The notes: generated by a model not told the origin, from the sequence alone. A stretch of DNA of 64,000 nt from Pseudonocardia sp. (GCA_036497465.1 DASXJJ010000061.1:11534-75533); one strand, 5' to 3'. Positions 48,939 through 59,254 are shown, counted from the first letter of the stretch. Numbers and translations are program-made.

Positions 48939-50807
48939 TCAGCGGCGGTCCGCTCCGCGCGGTCGGGGCGCGGGCCAGGCCGACGGGTCGCCGTTCGACC
49001 CGGTCACCTCCCGGTGCCCAGTCGCCGCCGGCCCGTCCGACGGATCCGAGGACTCGTCCGCCGGATCCGAGGGCTCGGCCGCGGTCCCGTCCGGCGACCA
49101 GGCCCCGGCGCGCGAGCCGGCCCCGTTGCCCGGGTACGCGACGGTGTCCGGCTCCCCGGCGCCGTCCGCGACCCGCTCGACGGCGAACCGCGCCGGCTCG
49201 CGCCCGCCGCCGGTGAGCTCGCCGCCGGTCCGTGCCGGGGCCGAGGCGGGCAGCGCGGGCGGGGTCGGGGTGCCGTACACGGGCAGCCGCACCGTGAAGG
49301 CGGTGTTGCCGGGCTCGCTGGTCACCTCCACCCGGCCGCCGTGCGCGGCCACCACGGCGTGCGCGATGGCCAGGCCGAGCCCGGTGCTGCCCGCCGCGCG
49401 GGACCGTGACGTGTCGCCCCTGGCGAACCGGCCGAACACGTGCGGCAGCAGCGCTGGCGGGATGCCGGGACCGTCGTCGACCACCCGCATCACCGCCTCG
49501 TCGGCGCCGCTCGGGCCCGCACCACCCAGGTCCGTATCCGCACCGCCGCGGTCGGCACCGCTCAGCTCGGCGCGCACGGTGGTGCCCGGCGGGGTGTGCA
49601 CCCGGGCGTTGGTGAGCAGGTTGGCGAGCACCTGGGCCAGCCGCGTGGCGTCGCCGGTGATCACCACCTCCTCCTCGGGCAGGTCGAGGGTCCAGCGGTG
49701 CTCCGGCCCGGCGGCGTGGGCGTCGCTGACCGCGTCGACCACCAGCTGGGACAGGTCGACCGGCTCCCTGGCCAGCGGCCGGCCGGCGTCCAGGCGGGCG
49801 AGCAGCAGCATGTCCTCGACCAGCGACGTCATCCGCTCGGCCTGCGAGGACACCCGGCGCAGCGCGTGCGCGACGTCCGGCGGGACGTCCTCGCTGGTGC
49901 GCCGGGTCAGCTCCGCGTAGCCGCGGATGGCCGCGAGCGGGGTGCGCAGCTCGTGGCTGGCGTCGGCCAGGAACTGGCGCAGCTGGGTCTCGCTGGCCTG
50001 GCGGGCCTCCAGCGCGGCGGCCACATGCTCCAGCATCCGGTTGAGCGCCACGCCGACCTGGCCGACCTCGGTGCGCGGGTCCGTGTCGGCCGGCCCCACC
50101 CGCTCGGCCAGCGCGACCTCGCCCCGGTCCAGCCGCAGCTCGGCGACCCGCCCGGCGGTGCCGGCCACCCGGCGCAGCGGGCGCAGCGTGGCCCGGACGA
50201 TCAGCGTGCTGGCGAACCCGGCGGCGACCAGCCCCAGCGCGGCGACGATCAGCTCGATGCGGGCGAGGTTGGCGAGCGTGGTGTTCACCGAGTCCAGCGG
50301 CAGCCCGGTCACGAACAGCGTGTCGTCCGGCCGGCGCACCGCGTACAACCGGTACTCGCCCACGTCGCCGATATGCCGGGAGTGCTGGCCGCCGTCGTCC
50401 GGGACCCGCAGCAGGTCGCGGTCGGCCTCGTCGCTGACCACCCGGGACACGCCGTCCTTGTCCAGCACGCCGGCCGGGCGGACCTCGCCGTCCACGATCC
50501 GCGCGCCCAGGGTGCCGACCGGCAGGCCGGGGGCGTACAGGAAGTACGGCCCGCTGCTGCCGTGCCAGGACGAGTCGCGCGGCGGCGGGTGGTTGTAGGC
50601 CTGCACGAGCCGGCCGCCCGCCGCCTCGAGCTGCAGGTCCAGCTGCCCGATCAGGTACTGGCGCAGCAGCACCAGGGAGATCGCGCCGACCACCATCGAC
50701 ACCGCGGCGAGCAGCGCGATCATCGCGATCAGCAGGCGGGTGCGCAGCGGCCAGGCGGAGACCCGGTCGCGCAGGCGACCGACCCGGCCCGCGCGCACTG
50801 AGCTCAC
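48939..50807 (-). CDS. HAMP sensor histidine kinase (TrcS/TcrY/PhoR-like)
   Basis: Two TM, DASHELRTPL, NLL.NA..HT, DDGPG, F.RF.RGD, GLGLAI. Confidence 0.95.
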   Translation of the reverse strand: MSSVRAGRVGRLRDRVSAWPLRTRLLIAMIALLAAVSMVVGAISLVLLRQYLIGQLDLQLEAAGGRLVQAYNHPPPRDSSWHGSSGPYFLYAPGLPVGTLGARIVDGEVRPAGVLDKDGVSRVVSDEADRDLLRVPDDGGQHSRHIGDVGEYRLYAVRRPDDTLFVTGLPLDSVNTTLANLARIELIVAALGLVAAGFASTLIVRATLRPLRRVAGTAGRVAELRLDRGEVALAERVGPADTDPRTEVGQVGVALNRMLEHVAAALEARQASETQLRQFLADASHELRTPLAAIRGYAELTRRTSEDVPPDVAHALRRVSSQAERMTSLVEDMLLLARLDAGRPLAREPVDLSQLVVDAVSDAHAAGPEHRWTLDLPEEEVVITGDATRLAQVLANLLTNARVHTPPGTTVRAELSGADRGGADTDLGGAGPSGADEAVMRVVDDGPGIPPALLPHVFGRFARGDTSRSRAAGSTGLGLAIAHAVVAAHGGRVEVTSEPGNTAFTVRLPVYGTPTPPALPASAPARTGGELTGGGREPARFAVERVADGAGEPDTVAYPGNGAGSRAGAWSPDGTAAEPSDPADESSDPSDGPAATGHREVTGSNGDPSAWPAPRPRGADRR

Positions 50808-50829
50808 CGGCGTGCCCTTCGCCCGGTCG

Positions 50830-51585
50830 TCACTCCGCCGGGCGCAGCGCGTACCCCGCGCCCCGCAGCGTGTGGATCATCGGCGCGCGGCCGGCGTCGA
50901 TCTTCTTGCGCAGGTAGGAGATGTACAGCTCGACGACGTTGGACTGGCCGCCGAAGTCGTAGTGCCACACCCGGTCCAGGATCTGCGCCTTGCTCAGCAC
51001 CCGCCGCGGGTTGCGCATCATGTACCGCAGCAGCTCGAACTCGGTGGCGGTCAGCGAGATCAGCTCGTTGTCCCGGCGCACCTCGCGGCTGTCCTCGTCC
51101 AGGGTGAGGTCGCCGACCACCAGCAGCGCATCCGCGCGCGCGGAGCCGCGACCGGCCCTGCGCATCAGCGCGCGCAGCCTGGCCACCACCTCTTCCAGGC
51201 TGAACGGCTTCGCCACGTAGTCGTCGCCGCCGGCGGTGAGCCCGGCGATGCGGTCCTCCACCGCGTCCTTGGCGGTCAGGAACAGCACCGGCACCTCGGG
51301 TGACTCGGCGTGGATGCGGCGCAGCACCTCGAGGCCGTCGATGTCCGGCAGCATGATGTCCAGCACCACGGCGTCGGGGCGGAACTCGCGGGCCAGCCTG
51401 ACCGCGGTCAGCCCGTCGCCGGCTCCCCGCACGTCCCAGCCCTCGTAGCGCAGCGCCATCGAGAGCAGCTCGGTGAGCGTGGCCTCGTCGTCCACCACGA
51501 GCACCCGCACCGGGGTGCCGTCCGGGCGACGCAGCTGACCCCGGCCTGCCTCGGATGCCGCCGAGGGAGCATTCATGGTCGACAT
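50830..51585 (-). CDS. OmpR-family response regulator (TrcR/TcrX/PhoP-like)
   Basis: VVDDE, LDIMLP, KPFS, VELYISYLRKKID, TLRGAGY; start may be 51576. Confidence 0.95.
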   Translation of the reverse strand: MSTMNAPSAASEAGRGQLRRPDGTPVRVLVVDDEATLTELLSMALRYEGWDVRGAGDGLTAVRLAREFRPDAVVLDIMLPDIDGLEVLRRIHAESPEVPVLFLTAKDAVEDRIAGLTAGGDDYVAKPFSLEEVVARLRALMRRAGRGSARADALLVVGDLTLDEDSREVRRDNELISLTATEFELLRYMMRNPRRVLSKAQILDRVWHYDFGGQSNVVELYISYLRKKIDAGRAPMIHTLRGAGYALRPAE

Positions 51586-51607
51586 TTTCCTAGGGTTGCG
51601 GGTGTGA

Positions 51608-51647
51608 CTGTGCTCGCCGTGAGGACACTCTGTGTAAAACCTGTGTG
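51608..51647 (-). promoter_or_regulatory. Phased CACAG direct repeats, OmpR-family-type box
   Basis: CTGTG at 51608, 51630, 51641 (multiples of 11 bp) upstream of the response regulator. Confidence 0.55.
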
Positions 51648-51708
51648 CCCCGTCGCACCGTTGACCAGAGGGTAGCGTTCGGGCGGGCTACCAGCACAGG
51701 GAGGCAGG

Positions 51709-52521
51709 ATGAGCACCGCCGTGCGTCCGGTGGGTCCTCGTCGGGCCAGCGTCGGTGACCTGCTGCGCAAGTGGCGGCAGCACCGCAGGCTCAGCCAGCT
51801 CGAGCTGTCCGTGCGGGCCGACATCTCCTCGCGGCATCTCAGCTTCGTCGAGACGGGCCGCTCGGTGCCCAGCCGGGACATGGTGCTGCACCTGGCCGAG
51901 GAGCTCGACCTGCCGCTGCGCGAGCGCAACGAGCTGCTGCTGGCCGCCGGGTACGCGCCGATGTACGCGGAGCGGGCGCTCGACACGGCACCGATGGCGG
52001 CGGTCCGCGACGCGGTGCGCCAGGTGCTGACCGGGCACGAGCCGTTCCCGGCGGTGGCCGTGGACCGGTGGTGGAACCTGGTGGACGGCAACGCGGCGCT
52101 GGGCCTGCTCACCGCCGGGGTGGCCGAGGAGCTGCTGGCGCCGCCGGTGAACGCGCTGCGGCTGAGCCTGCACCCCGATGGCATGGCGCCACGGATCGCC
52201 AACCTCGGCGAGTGGCGGGCGCATCTCCTGCACCGGCTCGGGCGGCAGGTGGAGCAGACCGCCGACCCGGAGCTGACCGCGCTGCGCGACGAGCTCGCCG
52301 GGCTGCCCTGCGACGAGCCCGGGCCGGCCCCCGAGCAGTCCGGGCCGGGCGCGGTGGTGGTCCCGCTGCGGATGCGGCACCCGGCCGGCGAGCTGACCTT
52401 CGTCAGCACGGTCACCACCTTCGGCACGCCGCTGGACATCACGGTCGCGGAGCTGGCCATCGAGGCGTTCTTCCCCGCCGACGAGGCGACCGCGAAGATC
52501 CTGCGCGCCGGGTCCGGCTGA
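51709..52521 (+). CDS. XRE/MmyB-like regulator
   Basis: RRLSQLEL, SRHLSFVETGRS.PSR, TTFGTPLD.TV.ELAIE.FFPAD. Confidence 0.93.
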   Translation: MSTAVRPVGPRRASVGDLLRKWRQHRRLSQLELSVRADISSRHLSFVETGRSVPSRDMVLHLAEELDLPLRERNELLLAAGYAPMYAERALDTAPMAAVRDAVRQVLTGHEPFPAVAVDRWWNLVDGNAALGLLTAGVAEELLAPPVNALRLSLHPDGMAPRIANLGEWRAHLLHRLGRQVEQTADPELTALRDELAGLPCDEPGPAPEQSGPGAVVVPLRMRHPAGELTFVSTVTTFGTPLDITVAELAIEAFFPADEATAKILRAGSG

Positions 52522-52560
52522 GCCGTCGCCCGCGCGGCCGATACGGGTTACCGTCCGGTA

Positions 52561-53727
52561 ATGAGCCCGCTGCCGCCGCAGAACCCCGTCCGCCCGTGGG
52601 ACGACCCCGAACGACGCGCGCTGGCCGAGCTGGCGCACACGTTCGCCGCGAAGGAGATCGTGCCGCACGTCGACGAGTGGGAGTCGGCCGGCGAGCTGCC
52701 CCGCGAGCTGCACCGGGCGGCGGCCGGGATCGGGCTGCTCGGGGTGAGCTTCGACGAGTCGGTGGGCGGCCAGGGCGGCGACCTGATCGACTCGCTGCTG
52801 GTCACCGAGAGCGTGATCCTGGCCGGCGCGCCGACCGGGGTGTGCGCGTCGCTGTTCACCCACGGCATCGCGGTGCCGCACATCGCCGCCAGCGGCAACG
52901 CCGACCTGGTCGACCGGTTCGCGCGGCCCACCCTGGCCGGGGAGAAGATCGGTTCGCTGGCGATCACCGAGCCGGACGCGGGCTCGGACGTGGCGAACCT
53001 GCGCACCCGCGCGGTGCGGGACGGCGATCACTACGTGGTCGACGGGGCCAAGACCTACATCACCTCCGGGGTGCGGGCGGACTTCGTCACCACGGCCGTG
53101 CGCACCGGCGAGCCGGGCTACGGCGGGGTGTCGCTGCTGGTGGTGGAGCGCGGCACGCCCGGCTTCACGGTGAGCCGGCGGCTGGACAAGATGGGCTGGC
53201 GTTCCTCGGACACGGCCGAGCTGGCCTACTCCGAGGTCCGAGTGCCGGCGGCGAACCTGGTCGGCGCCGAGGGCAGCGGGTTCCTCCAGATCATGACGCA
53301 GTTCGCGGCCGAGCGGCTGGCGCTGGCCGTGCAGGCGTACGCGGTCGCCGCGCGGTGCCTGGAGCTGACCCTGGGCTGGGTGCGCGGGCGGGAGACGTTC
53401 GGCCGGCCGCTGTCGTCCCGGCAGGTGGTACGGCACAAGATCGCCGAGATGGCCCGGCAGACCGATGTGGCCCGCCGCTACGTGCGCGACGTCGCGCTGC
53501 GTCACCTGGCCGGCGAGGACGTGCTGACCGAGGTGGCGATGGCCAAGAACACCGCCGTGTACGCCTGCGACTTCGTGGTCAACGAGGCGGTCCAGCTGCA
53601 CGGCGGCATGGGCTACATGCGCGAGTGCGAGGTGGAGCGGCACTACCGGGACGCGCGGATCCTGGGCATCGGCGGCGGCACCAATGAGATCATGAACGAG
53701 ATCGTGGCCAAGCGGCTGCTCGGCTAG
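52561..53727 (+). CDS. Acyl-CoA dehydrogenase
   Basis: AITEPDAGSD, GAKTYITSG, QLHGGMGY, IGGGTNEIM. Confidence 0.95.
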   Translation: MSPLPPQNPVRPWDDPERRALAELAHTFAAKEIVPHVDEWESAGELPRELHRAAAGIGLLGVSFDESVGGQGGDLIDSLLVTESVILAGAPTGVCASLFTHGIAVPHIAASGNADLVDRFARPTLAGEKIGSLAITEPDAGSDVANLRTRAVRDGDHYVVDGAKTYITSGVRADFVTTAVRTGEPGYGGVSLLVVERGTPGFTVSRRLDKMGWRSSDTAELAYSEVRVPAANLVGAEGSGFLQIMTQFAAERLALAVQAYAVAARCLELTLGWVRGRETFGRPLSSRQVVRHKIAEMARQTDVARRYVRDVALRHLAGEDVLTEVAMAKNTAVYACDFVVNEAVQLHGGMGYMRECEVERHYRDARILGIGGGTNEIMNEIVAKRLLG

Positions 53728-55076
53728 TCGCTCACCGGTTGGTCGCTCAGCACCCGGCGGATCAGGTGCATCGCCAGGTCGGTGGAGAAGTCGCGGACGG
53801 CGGCGCGGTCGCCGGGCAGCACCGGCGAGGCCTCGCGCACCTGGCCGTCGTCGGTGGTCACGCAGAGGCAGACGTACCCGACGGGCTTCTCCGCCGTGCC
53901 GCCGCCCGGACCGGCCACCCCGGTGATGCCCACCCCGATGTCGGCGCCCAGCACCCGCCGCGCGCCGTCCGCCATCGCCCGCGCCACCTGCGGTGAGACC
54001 GCGCCGTGCCGCTCGATCAGCTCGGCCGGCACGCCCAGAATGTTGATCTTCGCCTCGTTCGAGTACGAGACGACGCCGCCCATCACGTACTCCGACGAGC
54101 CCGGGCGGGCGGTCAGCCGGCCGGCGAGCAGGCCGCCGGTGCACGACTCGGCCAGCCCGATCCGGTGACCGGCCAGCAGCAGGCCGACCTGCTCGTCGGT
54201 CGGGGTGCCGTCGGTGCTGATCAGGTGCGTCCCGTGCCGCCGCTCGATCTCGGCGACGAGCTTGTCGCTGGTCGCCTCCGCGCCGGGGCTGTCCGGGTGG
54301 TAGCGCAGGTCGACCTCGAGCTCGGAGCGGCGCAGGCAGGTGGTGATCTCCACCGCCGACAGGTCGAGGTCGGCGCCGACCTCCCGCAAGGTCTGCGCGA
54401 TCTCCGACTCGGGCAGCCCGTGCATCCGCAGGTGCACCTCGGCGAACGGCGGGGTACGGGCGAGCAGGGCCTGCACCGCCCCGCTGGCCACCGCCGCGTC
54501 CCACATGCCGGTCAGCTCGCGTGGCGGCCCGGGCAGCACGGCGACCACCGGACCGTCCGGAACGGTCACCACCGCCCCCGGCGCGGTGCCCACCGGGTTC
54601 AGCAGCTCGGCGCCGCGCGGCACGGTGGCCTGCTTGCGGTTGGCCGCGGTGAGCGCGTCGCCGGCGAACCCGGAGCGCTTCGCCCACCTGCGCAGGATCT
54701 CCGCGATGCGCGCCTCCATCGCCGGGTCGAGCTCCATGGGCACCCCGGCGAACCCGGCGACGACCTCGGCGGTCACGTCGTCGGCGGTCGGTCCGAGGCC
54801 ACCGCTGGTGACGATCAGGTCGGCCCCCTGGCGGGCCAGGAAGCGCAGCCCCGCCCCCAGGTCGTCCTTCCGGTCGCCGACGAGCAGCACGTCGGCGACC
54901 TCGATGCCCAGCGCGCCCAGCCGCTGCGCGACCCACGGCCCGTTCTGGTCCCGGACCTGCCCGGTCAACAGCTCGCTCCCGGTGACCAGCACGCCGGCGC
55001 GCACCGTCTCGCGCACGTCGCCGCCCGCCGGCCTGTTCGCCGTCCCGCCCGCTGCCCCAGCCCCGTCGCCGCTCAC
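53724..55076 (-). CDS. cinA: CinA-like protein (MoCF domain + NMN deamidase PncC)
   Basis: GSELL.G..D.N, GGLGPT.DD.T, AESCTGG, TGVAGPGGG..EKPVG. Confidence 0.9.
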   Translation of the reverse strand: MSGDGAGAAGGTANRPAGGDVRETVRAGVLVTGSELLTGQVRDQNGPWVAQRLGALGIEVADVLLVGDRKDDLGAGLRFLARQGADLIVTSGGLGPTADDVTAEVVAGFAGVPMELDPAMEARIAEILRRWAKRSGFAGDALTAANRKQATVPRGAELLNPVGTAPGAVVTVPDGPVVAVLPGPPRELTGMWDAAVASGAVQALLARTPPFAEVHLRMHGLPESEIAQTLREVGADLDLSAVEITTCLRRSELEVDLRYHPDSPGAEATSDKLVAEIERRHGTHLISTDGTPTDEQVGLLLAGHRIGLAESCTGGLLAGRLTARPGSSEYVMGGVVSYSNEAKINILGVPAELIERHGAVSPQVARAMADGARRVLGADIGVGITGVAGPGGGTAEKPVGYVCLCVTTDDGQVREASPVLPGDRAAVRDFSTDLAMHLIRRVLSDQPVSD

Positions 55077-55153
55077 CCGACACTCCGATCTCTCCGCTGG
55101 GCCGAGCCTACGCGGGAGCACCGCCCGGTCGCCCGGCTCACGTCGCCTGGCGT

Positions 55154-55168
55154 TACCCCAGGGGGGTA
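55154..55168 (+). promoter_or_regulatory. CsoR/RicR-type copper operator
   Basis: TACCC-CAGGG-GGGTA, 35 nt before copA start. Confidence 0.8.
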
Positions 55169-55203
55169 CGGTATGAAGGACGGACGGCGAGGAGGGAGGG
55201 CGG

Positions 55204-57564
55204 GTGAACCCACCGCACGTGACGACCCCGGAGCAGGCGGCCCCCGGCGAGAGCACGATCGAGCTGGTCATCGGCGGGATGACCTGCGCCTCCTGCGTCT
55301 CGCGGGTGAGCAGGCGGCTCGCCGCGCTGGACGGGGTCACCGCCACGGTCAACCTCGCCACCGAGACCGCCGCCGTCACCGTGCCCGAGGGCACCGACCC
55401 GGCCACGCTGGTCGCGGCCGTGGAGCGCGCCGGCTACACCGCGCGGCCGGTCGGCCGGCCGCGCCCGGCCACCCCGCACGGCACGGCCCCGGACGGCACG
55501 GCCCCGCACGGCACTGTCCCGCACGGCACTGTCCCGCACGGCACGGCCACCCGGTACGGCACGGAGCCGGACGGCCGGACCGGGGTCGCGACCGACGCCG
55601 AGCGCGGCCGGGAGCGGCGCACCGCCCTGCGCCGGCTGCTGGTCAGCGCCGCGCTGAGCGTGCCGGTGATCGTGCTGTCCATGGTGCCGGCCGTCCGGTT
55701 CGTCGGCTGGCAGTGGCTCTGCCTCGCGCTCACGACCCCCGTCGTGGCCTGGGGCGGCTGGCCGTTCCACCGGGCCACGGTCCGGAACCTGCGGCACGGC
55801 GCGGCCACGATGGACACCCTCATCACCGTCGGCACCCTGGCCGCGTTCGGCTGGTCGCTGTACGCGCTGGTCCTCGGCACGGCGGGCGCGACCACGCCCG
55901 GGCACCACCACGGGCACCCCGGCGCGGCCGGCACGCTCTACCTGGAGGTGGCCGCCGGGGTCACCACGTTCATCCTGGCCGGCCGGTACGCGGAGGGCCG
56001 GGCCAAGCGGCGGGCCGGCGCGGCGCTGCGCGCGCTGCTGGAGCTGGGCGCCAAGGACGTCGCGGTGCTGGACGGCACCCGGGAGACCAGGGTCCCGGTC
56101 GACCGGCTGCGCGTGGGCGACCTGTTCGTGGTCCGCCCCGGGGAGAAGCTCGCCGCCGACGGCGTCGTGCGCGAGGGCGGCTCGGCGGTGGACACCGCAC
56201 TGATCACCGGCGAGCCGGTCCCGGTCGAGGTCGGCCCCGGCGACGAGGTGACCGGCGGCGCGGTGAACGTGGGCGGCCGGCTGGTCGTGCGGGCCGCCCG
56301 GGTCGGCGCGGACACCCAGCTCGCCCAGATGACCCGGCTGGTCGAGCAGGCACAGGCCGGGAAGGCGGCCGTGGCCCGGCTGGCCGACCGGGTCGCCGCC
56401 GTGTTCGTTCCGGTGGTCATCGTGCTCGCGGCGGGCGTGCTGGCCGGCTGGCTGCTCGCCGGGGCGGGCGCGACCACCGCGTTCAGCGCCGCGGTGGCGG
56501 TGCTGATCATCGCCTGCCCGTGCGCGCTCGGGCTGGCCACGCCGACGGCGCTGCTGGTCGGCACCGGGCGGGGCGCCCAGCTCGGAATCCTGATCAAGGG
56601 TCCGGAGGTGCTGGAGTCGACCCGGCGGGTGGACACCGTGCTGCTGGACAAGACCGGGACGCTGACCACCGGCCGGATGACCCTGGTCGCGGTGCACCCG
56701 GACACCGGTGTGGAGGCCGACGAGGTGCTGGGCACGGCCGCCGCGGCCGAGGACGGGTCGAGCCACCCGATCGCCCTGGCCGTGCTGGCCGGGGCGCGAT
56801 CCCGGGGGCTCGCCCCGCCGGCGGCGACCGGGTTCCGGTCGCTGGACGGGCTGGGCGTGCGGGCGGCGGTCGGCGGGCTCGAGGTGCTGGTCGGGCGCCC
56901 CCGACTGCTCGACGAGGCCGGCCACCCGCTGTCCGCCGAGCTGGCCGGGCGGGTGGCCGCCGCTGAGGCGACCGGCCACACCTGCGTGGCCGTCGGCTGG
57001 GGCGGCCGGGCCCGCGGGCTGCTGCTGGTGGCCGACCGGGTCAAGCCGACCGCCGCCGAGGCGGTGGCCCGGCTGCGCGGCCTCGGGCTGCGTCCGGTGC
57101 TGCTGACCGGCGACAACGCCGCGACCGCGCGCACCGTCGCGACCGAGCTGGGCATCGACGAGGTGATCGCCGAGGTGCTGCCGGCCGAGAAGGCCTCGGT
57201 GGTGGCCCGGCTGCGCGAGCAGGGCCGGGTGGTGGCCATGGTCGGCGACGGGGTGAACGACGCGGCCGCGCTGGCCACCGCCGACCTGGGTATCGCCATG
57301 GGCACCGGCAGCGACGTGGCCATCGAGGCCGGCGACCTCACCGTGGTGCGCGGCGACCCGGTGGTGGTGGCCGACGCGGTCCGGCTGGCGCGGCGCACGC
57401 TGGCCGTCATCAAGGGCAACCTGTTCTGGGCGTTCGGCTACAACGTCGCCGCACTGCCGCTGGCCGCCGCCGGGCTGCTCGACCCGATGATCGCGGGCGC
57501 GGCGATGGCGCTCAGCTCGGTATTCGTGGTCAGCAACAGCCTGCGGCTGCGCCGGTTCCGCTGA
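55204..57564 (+). CDS. copA: Cu+-type P1B ATPase
   Basis: GMTCASC, CPC, DKTGT, SHP, GDGVND, YN, MALSS. Confidence 0.92.
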   Translation: MNPPHVTTPEQAAPGESTIELVIGGMTCASCVSRVSRRLAALDGVTATVNLATETAAVTVPEGTDPATLVAAVERAGYTARPVGRPRPATPHGTAPDGTAPHGTVPHGTVPHGTATRYGTEPDGRTGVATDAERGRERRTALRRLLVSAALSVPVIVLSMVPAVRFVGWQWLCLALTTPVVAWGGWPFHRATVRNLRHGAATMDTLITVGTLAAFGWSLYALVLGTAGATTPGHHHGHPGAAGTLYLEVAAGVTTFILAGRYAEGRAKRRAGAALRALLELGAKDVAVLDGTRETRVPVDRLRVGDLFVVRPGEKLAADGVVREGGSAVDTALITGEPVPVEVGPGDEVTGGAVNVGGRLVVRAARVGADTQLAQMTRLVEQAQAGKAAVARLADRVAAVFVPVVIVLAAGVLAGWLLAGAGATTAFSAAVAVLIIACPCALGLATPTALLVGTGRGAQLGILIKGPEVLESTRRVDTVLLDKTGTLTTGRMTLVAVHPDTGVEADEVLGTAAAAEDGSSHPIALAVLAGARSRGLAPPAATGFRSLDGLGVRAAVGGLEVLVGRPRLLDEAGHPLSAELAGRVAAAEATGHTCVAVGWGGRARGLLLVADRVKPTAAEAVARLRGLGLRPVLLTGDNAATARTVATELGIDEVIAEVLPAEKASVVARLREQGRVVAMVGDGVNDAAALATADLGIAMGTGSDVAIEAGDLTVVRGDPVVVADAVRLARRTLAVIKGNLFWAFGYNVAALPLAAAGLLDPMIAGAAMALSSVFVVSNSLRLRRFR
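55474..55548 (+). repeat. In-frame 15-bp repeat x5 (PHGTA/PDGTA/PHGTV)
   Basis: CCG(C/G)ACGGCAC(GGCC/TGTC) units. Confidence 0.88.
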
Positions 57565-57612
57565 GACCACCGTCAGCCCGGCAGCCGCGGGCTGAGAACG
57601 CCGTCAGCCCGG

Positions 57613-58035
57613 TCAGCAGCCGAGCAGCTCGGGCCGCTCGACGATGGCGGCCAGCCGGCCGCGCGGGTCGTCCAGCAGCTTCCGGGCCTCGGTGTCCAGC
57701 AGCCCGAGCACGCACCCGATCCGCGCCGCGTCCTGCCCGTCGCCGCGCCGGATGACGTGCGCGATCCGGAACGTCTTGCCCTCGACGAACTCCACGTCCG
57801 AGCTGACCTGCACCTGCTCACCCAGCGTGAGCTCGCGCAGGAACCGCGCGGTCGTCTCCAGCAGCACGATCCCCACGTTGTGCGCGCGCTGTTCCTCCAG
57901 CCGGAAGCCGGCCGCCCGCAGGTGCTCCGACCGGGCATGTTCGCCGTACTGGTGGTACACGGCGTGGTTCACGTGGCCCATGTAATCGATCTCGTAGTTG
58001 CGCACGGTGAGCTGGACGCTGAATTGCTGAGGCAC
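57613..58035 (-). CDS. Acyl-CoA thioesterase (4HBT/YbgC-like)
   Basis: EID.MGHVNHAVY..Y.E.AR. Confidence 0.92.
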   Translation of the reverse strand: MPQQFSVQLTVRNYEIDYMGHVNHAVYHQYGEHARSEHLRAAGFRLEEQRAHNVGIVLLETTARFLRELTLGEQVQVSSDVEFVEGKTFRIAHVIRRGDGQDAARIGCVLGLLDTEARKLLDDPRGRLAAIVERPELLGC

Positions 58036-58236
58036 GCCCGCAGCATGGCACGGACCGCTCGTCGATTACGCAGAGCCACACATCCTGTTCAGTCGCGCCA
58101 CGCCGATCACGCACTGTTGTCCCGTGTTCACGGGCTCCGTAAGCTCCCCCACGCAGTGGTCAGCGACCGCGGCGTAGAACTGGGTGGAACAACCACAGCA
58201 CGAGTGCGAGGAGCCGCGGTGCGCAGCGAGGGTGGC

Positions 58237-58605
58237 ATGCACGCCGAGCCGGCGGGGGACGATGCCTCTGCCGAGACGTTCGGTCTGGAGAGCAGCGACC
58301 AGGGCTCGGCCCGGGTGCTCCGGGCGGCCGGAGAGATCGACATCACGAGCGCGCCCGCGCTCCGGTCCGCTCTGTTGCCGGCGCTGGAGTCGGCGGAGCG
58401 GGTGGTGCTGGACCTGTCCGAGGTGAGCTTCCTGGGCTCGTCCGGGCTGGCCGTGCTGGTCGAGGGCCGCGAGCAGGCGCAGCAGGGCGGCCGGGAGCTG
58501 CGGCTGGTGTGCACGTCGCGCATCGTGATCCGGGCACTGGAGGCGACCGGCCTCCGCGACCTGTTCGACATCTCGCCGGACGTGGCCACCGCCCTGGAGA
58601 GCTGA
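58237..58605 (+). CDS. STAS anti-sigma-factor antagonist
   Basis: GEID..SAP.LR, DLS.VSFLGSSGL..LV. Confidence 0.93.
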   Translation: MHAEPAGDDASAETFGLESSDQGSARVLRAAGEIDITSAPALRSALLPALESAERVVLDLSEVSFLGSSGLAVLVEGREQAQQGGRELRLVCTSRIVIRALEATGLRDLFDISPDVATALES

Positions 58606-58616
58606 GCCGAAGACGA

Positions 58617-58651
58617 CCGGGTCGAGCCCGGCGCGACCGGGCTCGACCCGG
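58617..58651. terminator. Perfect 15-bp hairpin after STAS gene
   Basis: CCGGGTCGAGCCCGG-CGCGA-CCGGGCTCGACCCGG. Confidence 0.7.
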
Positions 58652-58768
58652 CGGACAGCCATCGCCCGGTGACGATCGACCACCGCCCGTGTTGTTCGAC
58701 GCTCGAACTAGTTGGTGCTATCGTTTAGCCCGACTGGTCGACATCCCACGCCGTGGCGCGAGGTTGAC

Positions 58769-59254
58769 ATGGATCGCGTGGTCTTGCGGGTCCGCCGGCT
58801 CGCGGCTGCCGTCGAGGCCTACTGGCTGGCGGTGGCGCGAGCCCTGGGCACCGGGATCACCGAGACGAACGCGCTGGTCGACCTGACCTTCCACGGCCCG
58901 ATGACGCCGTCGACCCTGGCCGACCGGCTCGGGCTGGCCTCCCCCAGCGTGACCGCGCTGGTCGACCGCCTGGAGACGGCGGGCCTGGTCGTGCGGCGGC
59001 GGCACCCGGCCGACCGGCGGAGCGTGTTCGTCGAGCTCAGCGTGGACGGCGAGACCGCGGTGCGCAGCATGTCGGACATGTTCAGTGACGACATCCTGCG
59101 CGCGGTGGCCGACGAGTCGCCCGAGCACCTCGACGTGCTGGAGCGCCTGCTGAACAAGATCACGGTCGACCTGCGCCTGCGGGCGTCCGACCAGGAGAGC
59201 GTGACGGCGGCCCTCGCCGCCGGCCTGGAGCGGCACGGCTCGGCGCGCTCGTGA
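58769..59254 (+). CDS. MarR regulator
   Basis: TPS.LA.RLGL.SPSVT.LVDRLE..GLV.R..HP.DRRSV. Confidence 0.92.
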   Translation: MDRVVLRVRRLAAAVEAYWLAVARALGTGITETNALVDLTFHGPMTPSTLADRLGLASPSVTALVDRLETAGLVVRRRHPADRRSVFVELSVDGETAVRSMSDMFSDDILRAVADESPEHLDVLERLLNKITVDLRLRASDQESVTAALAAGLERHGSARS

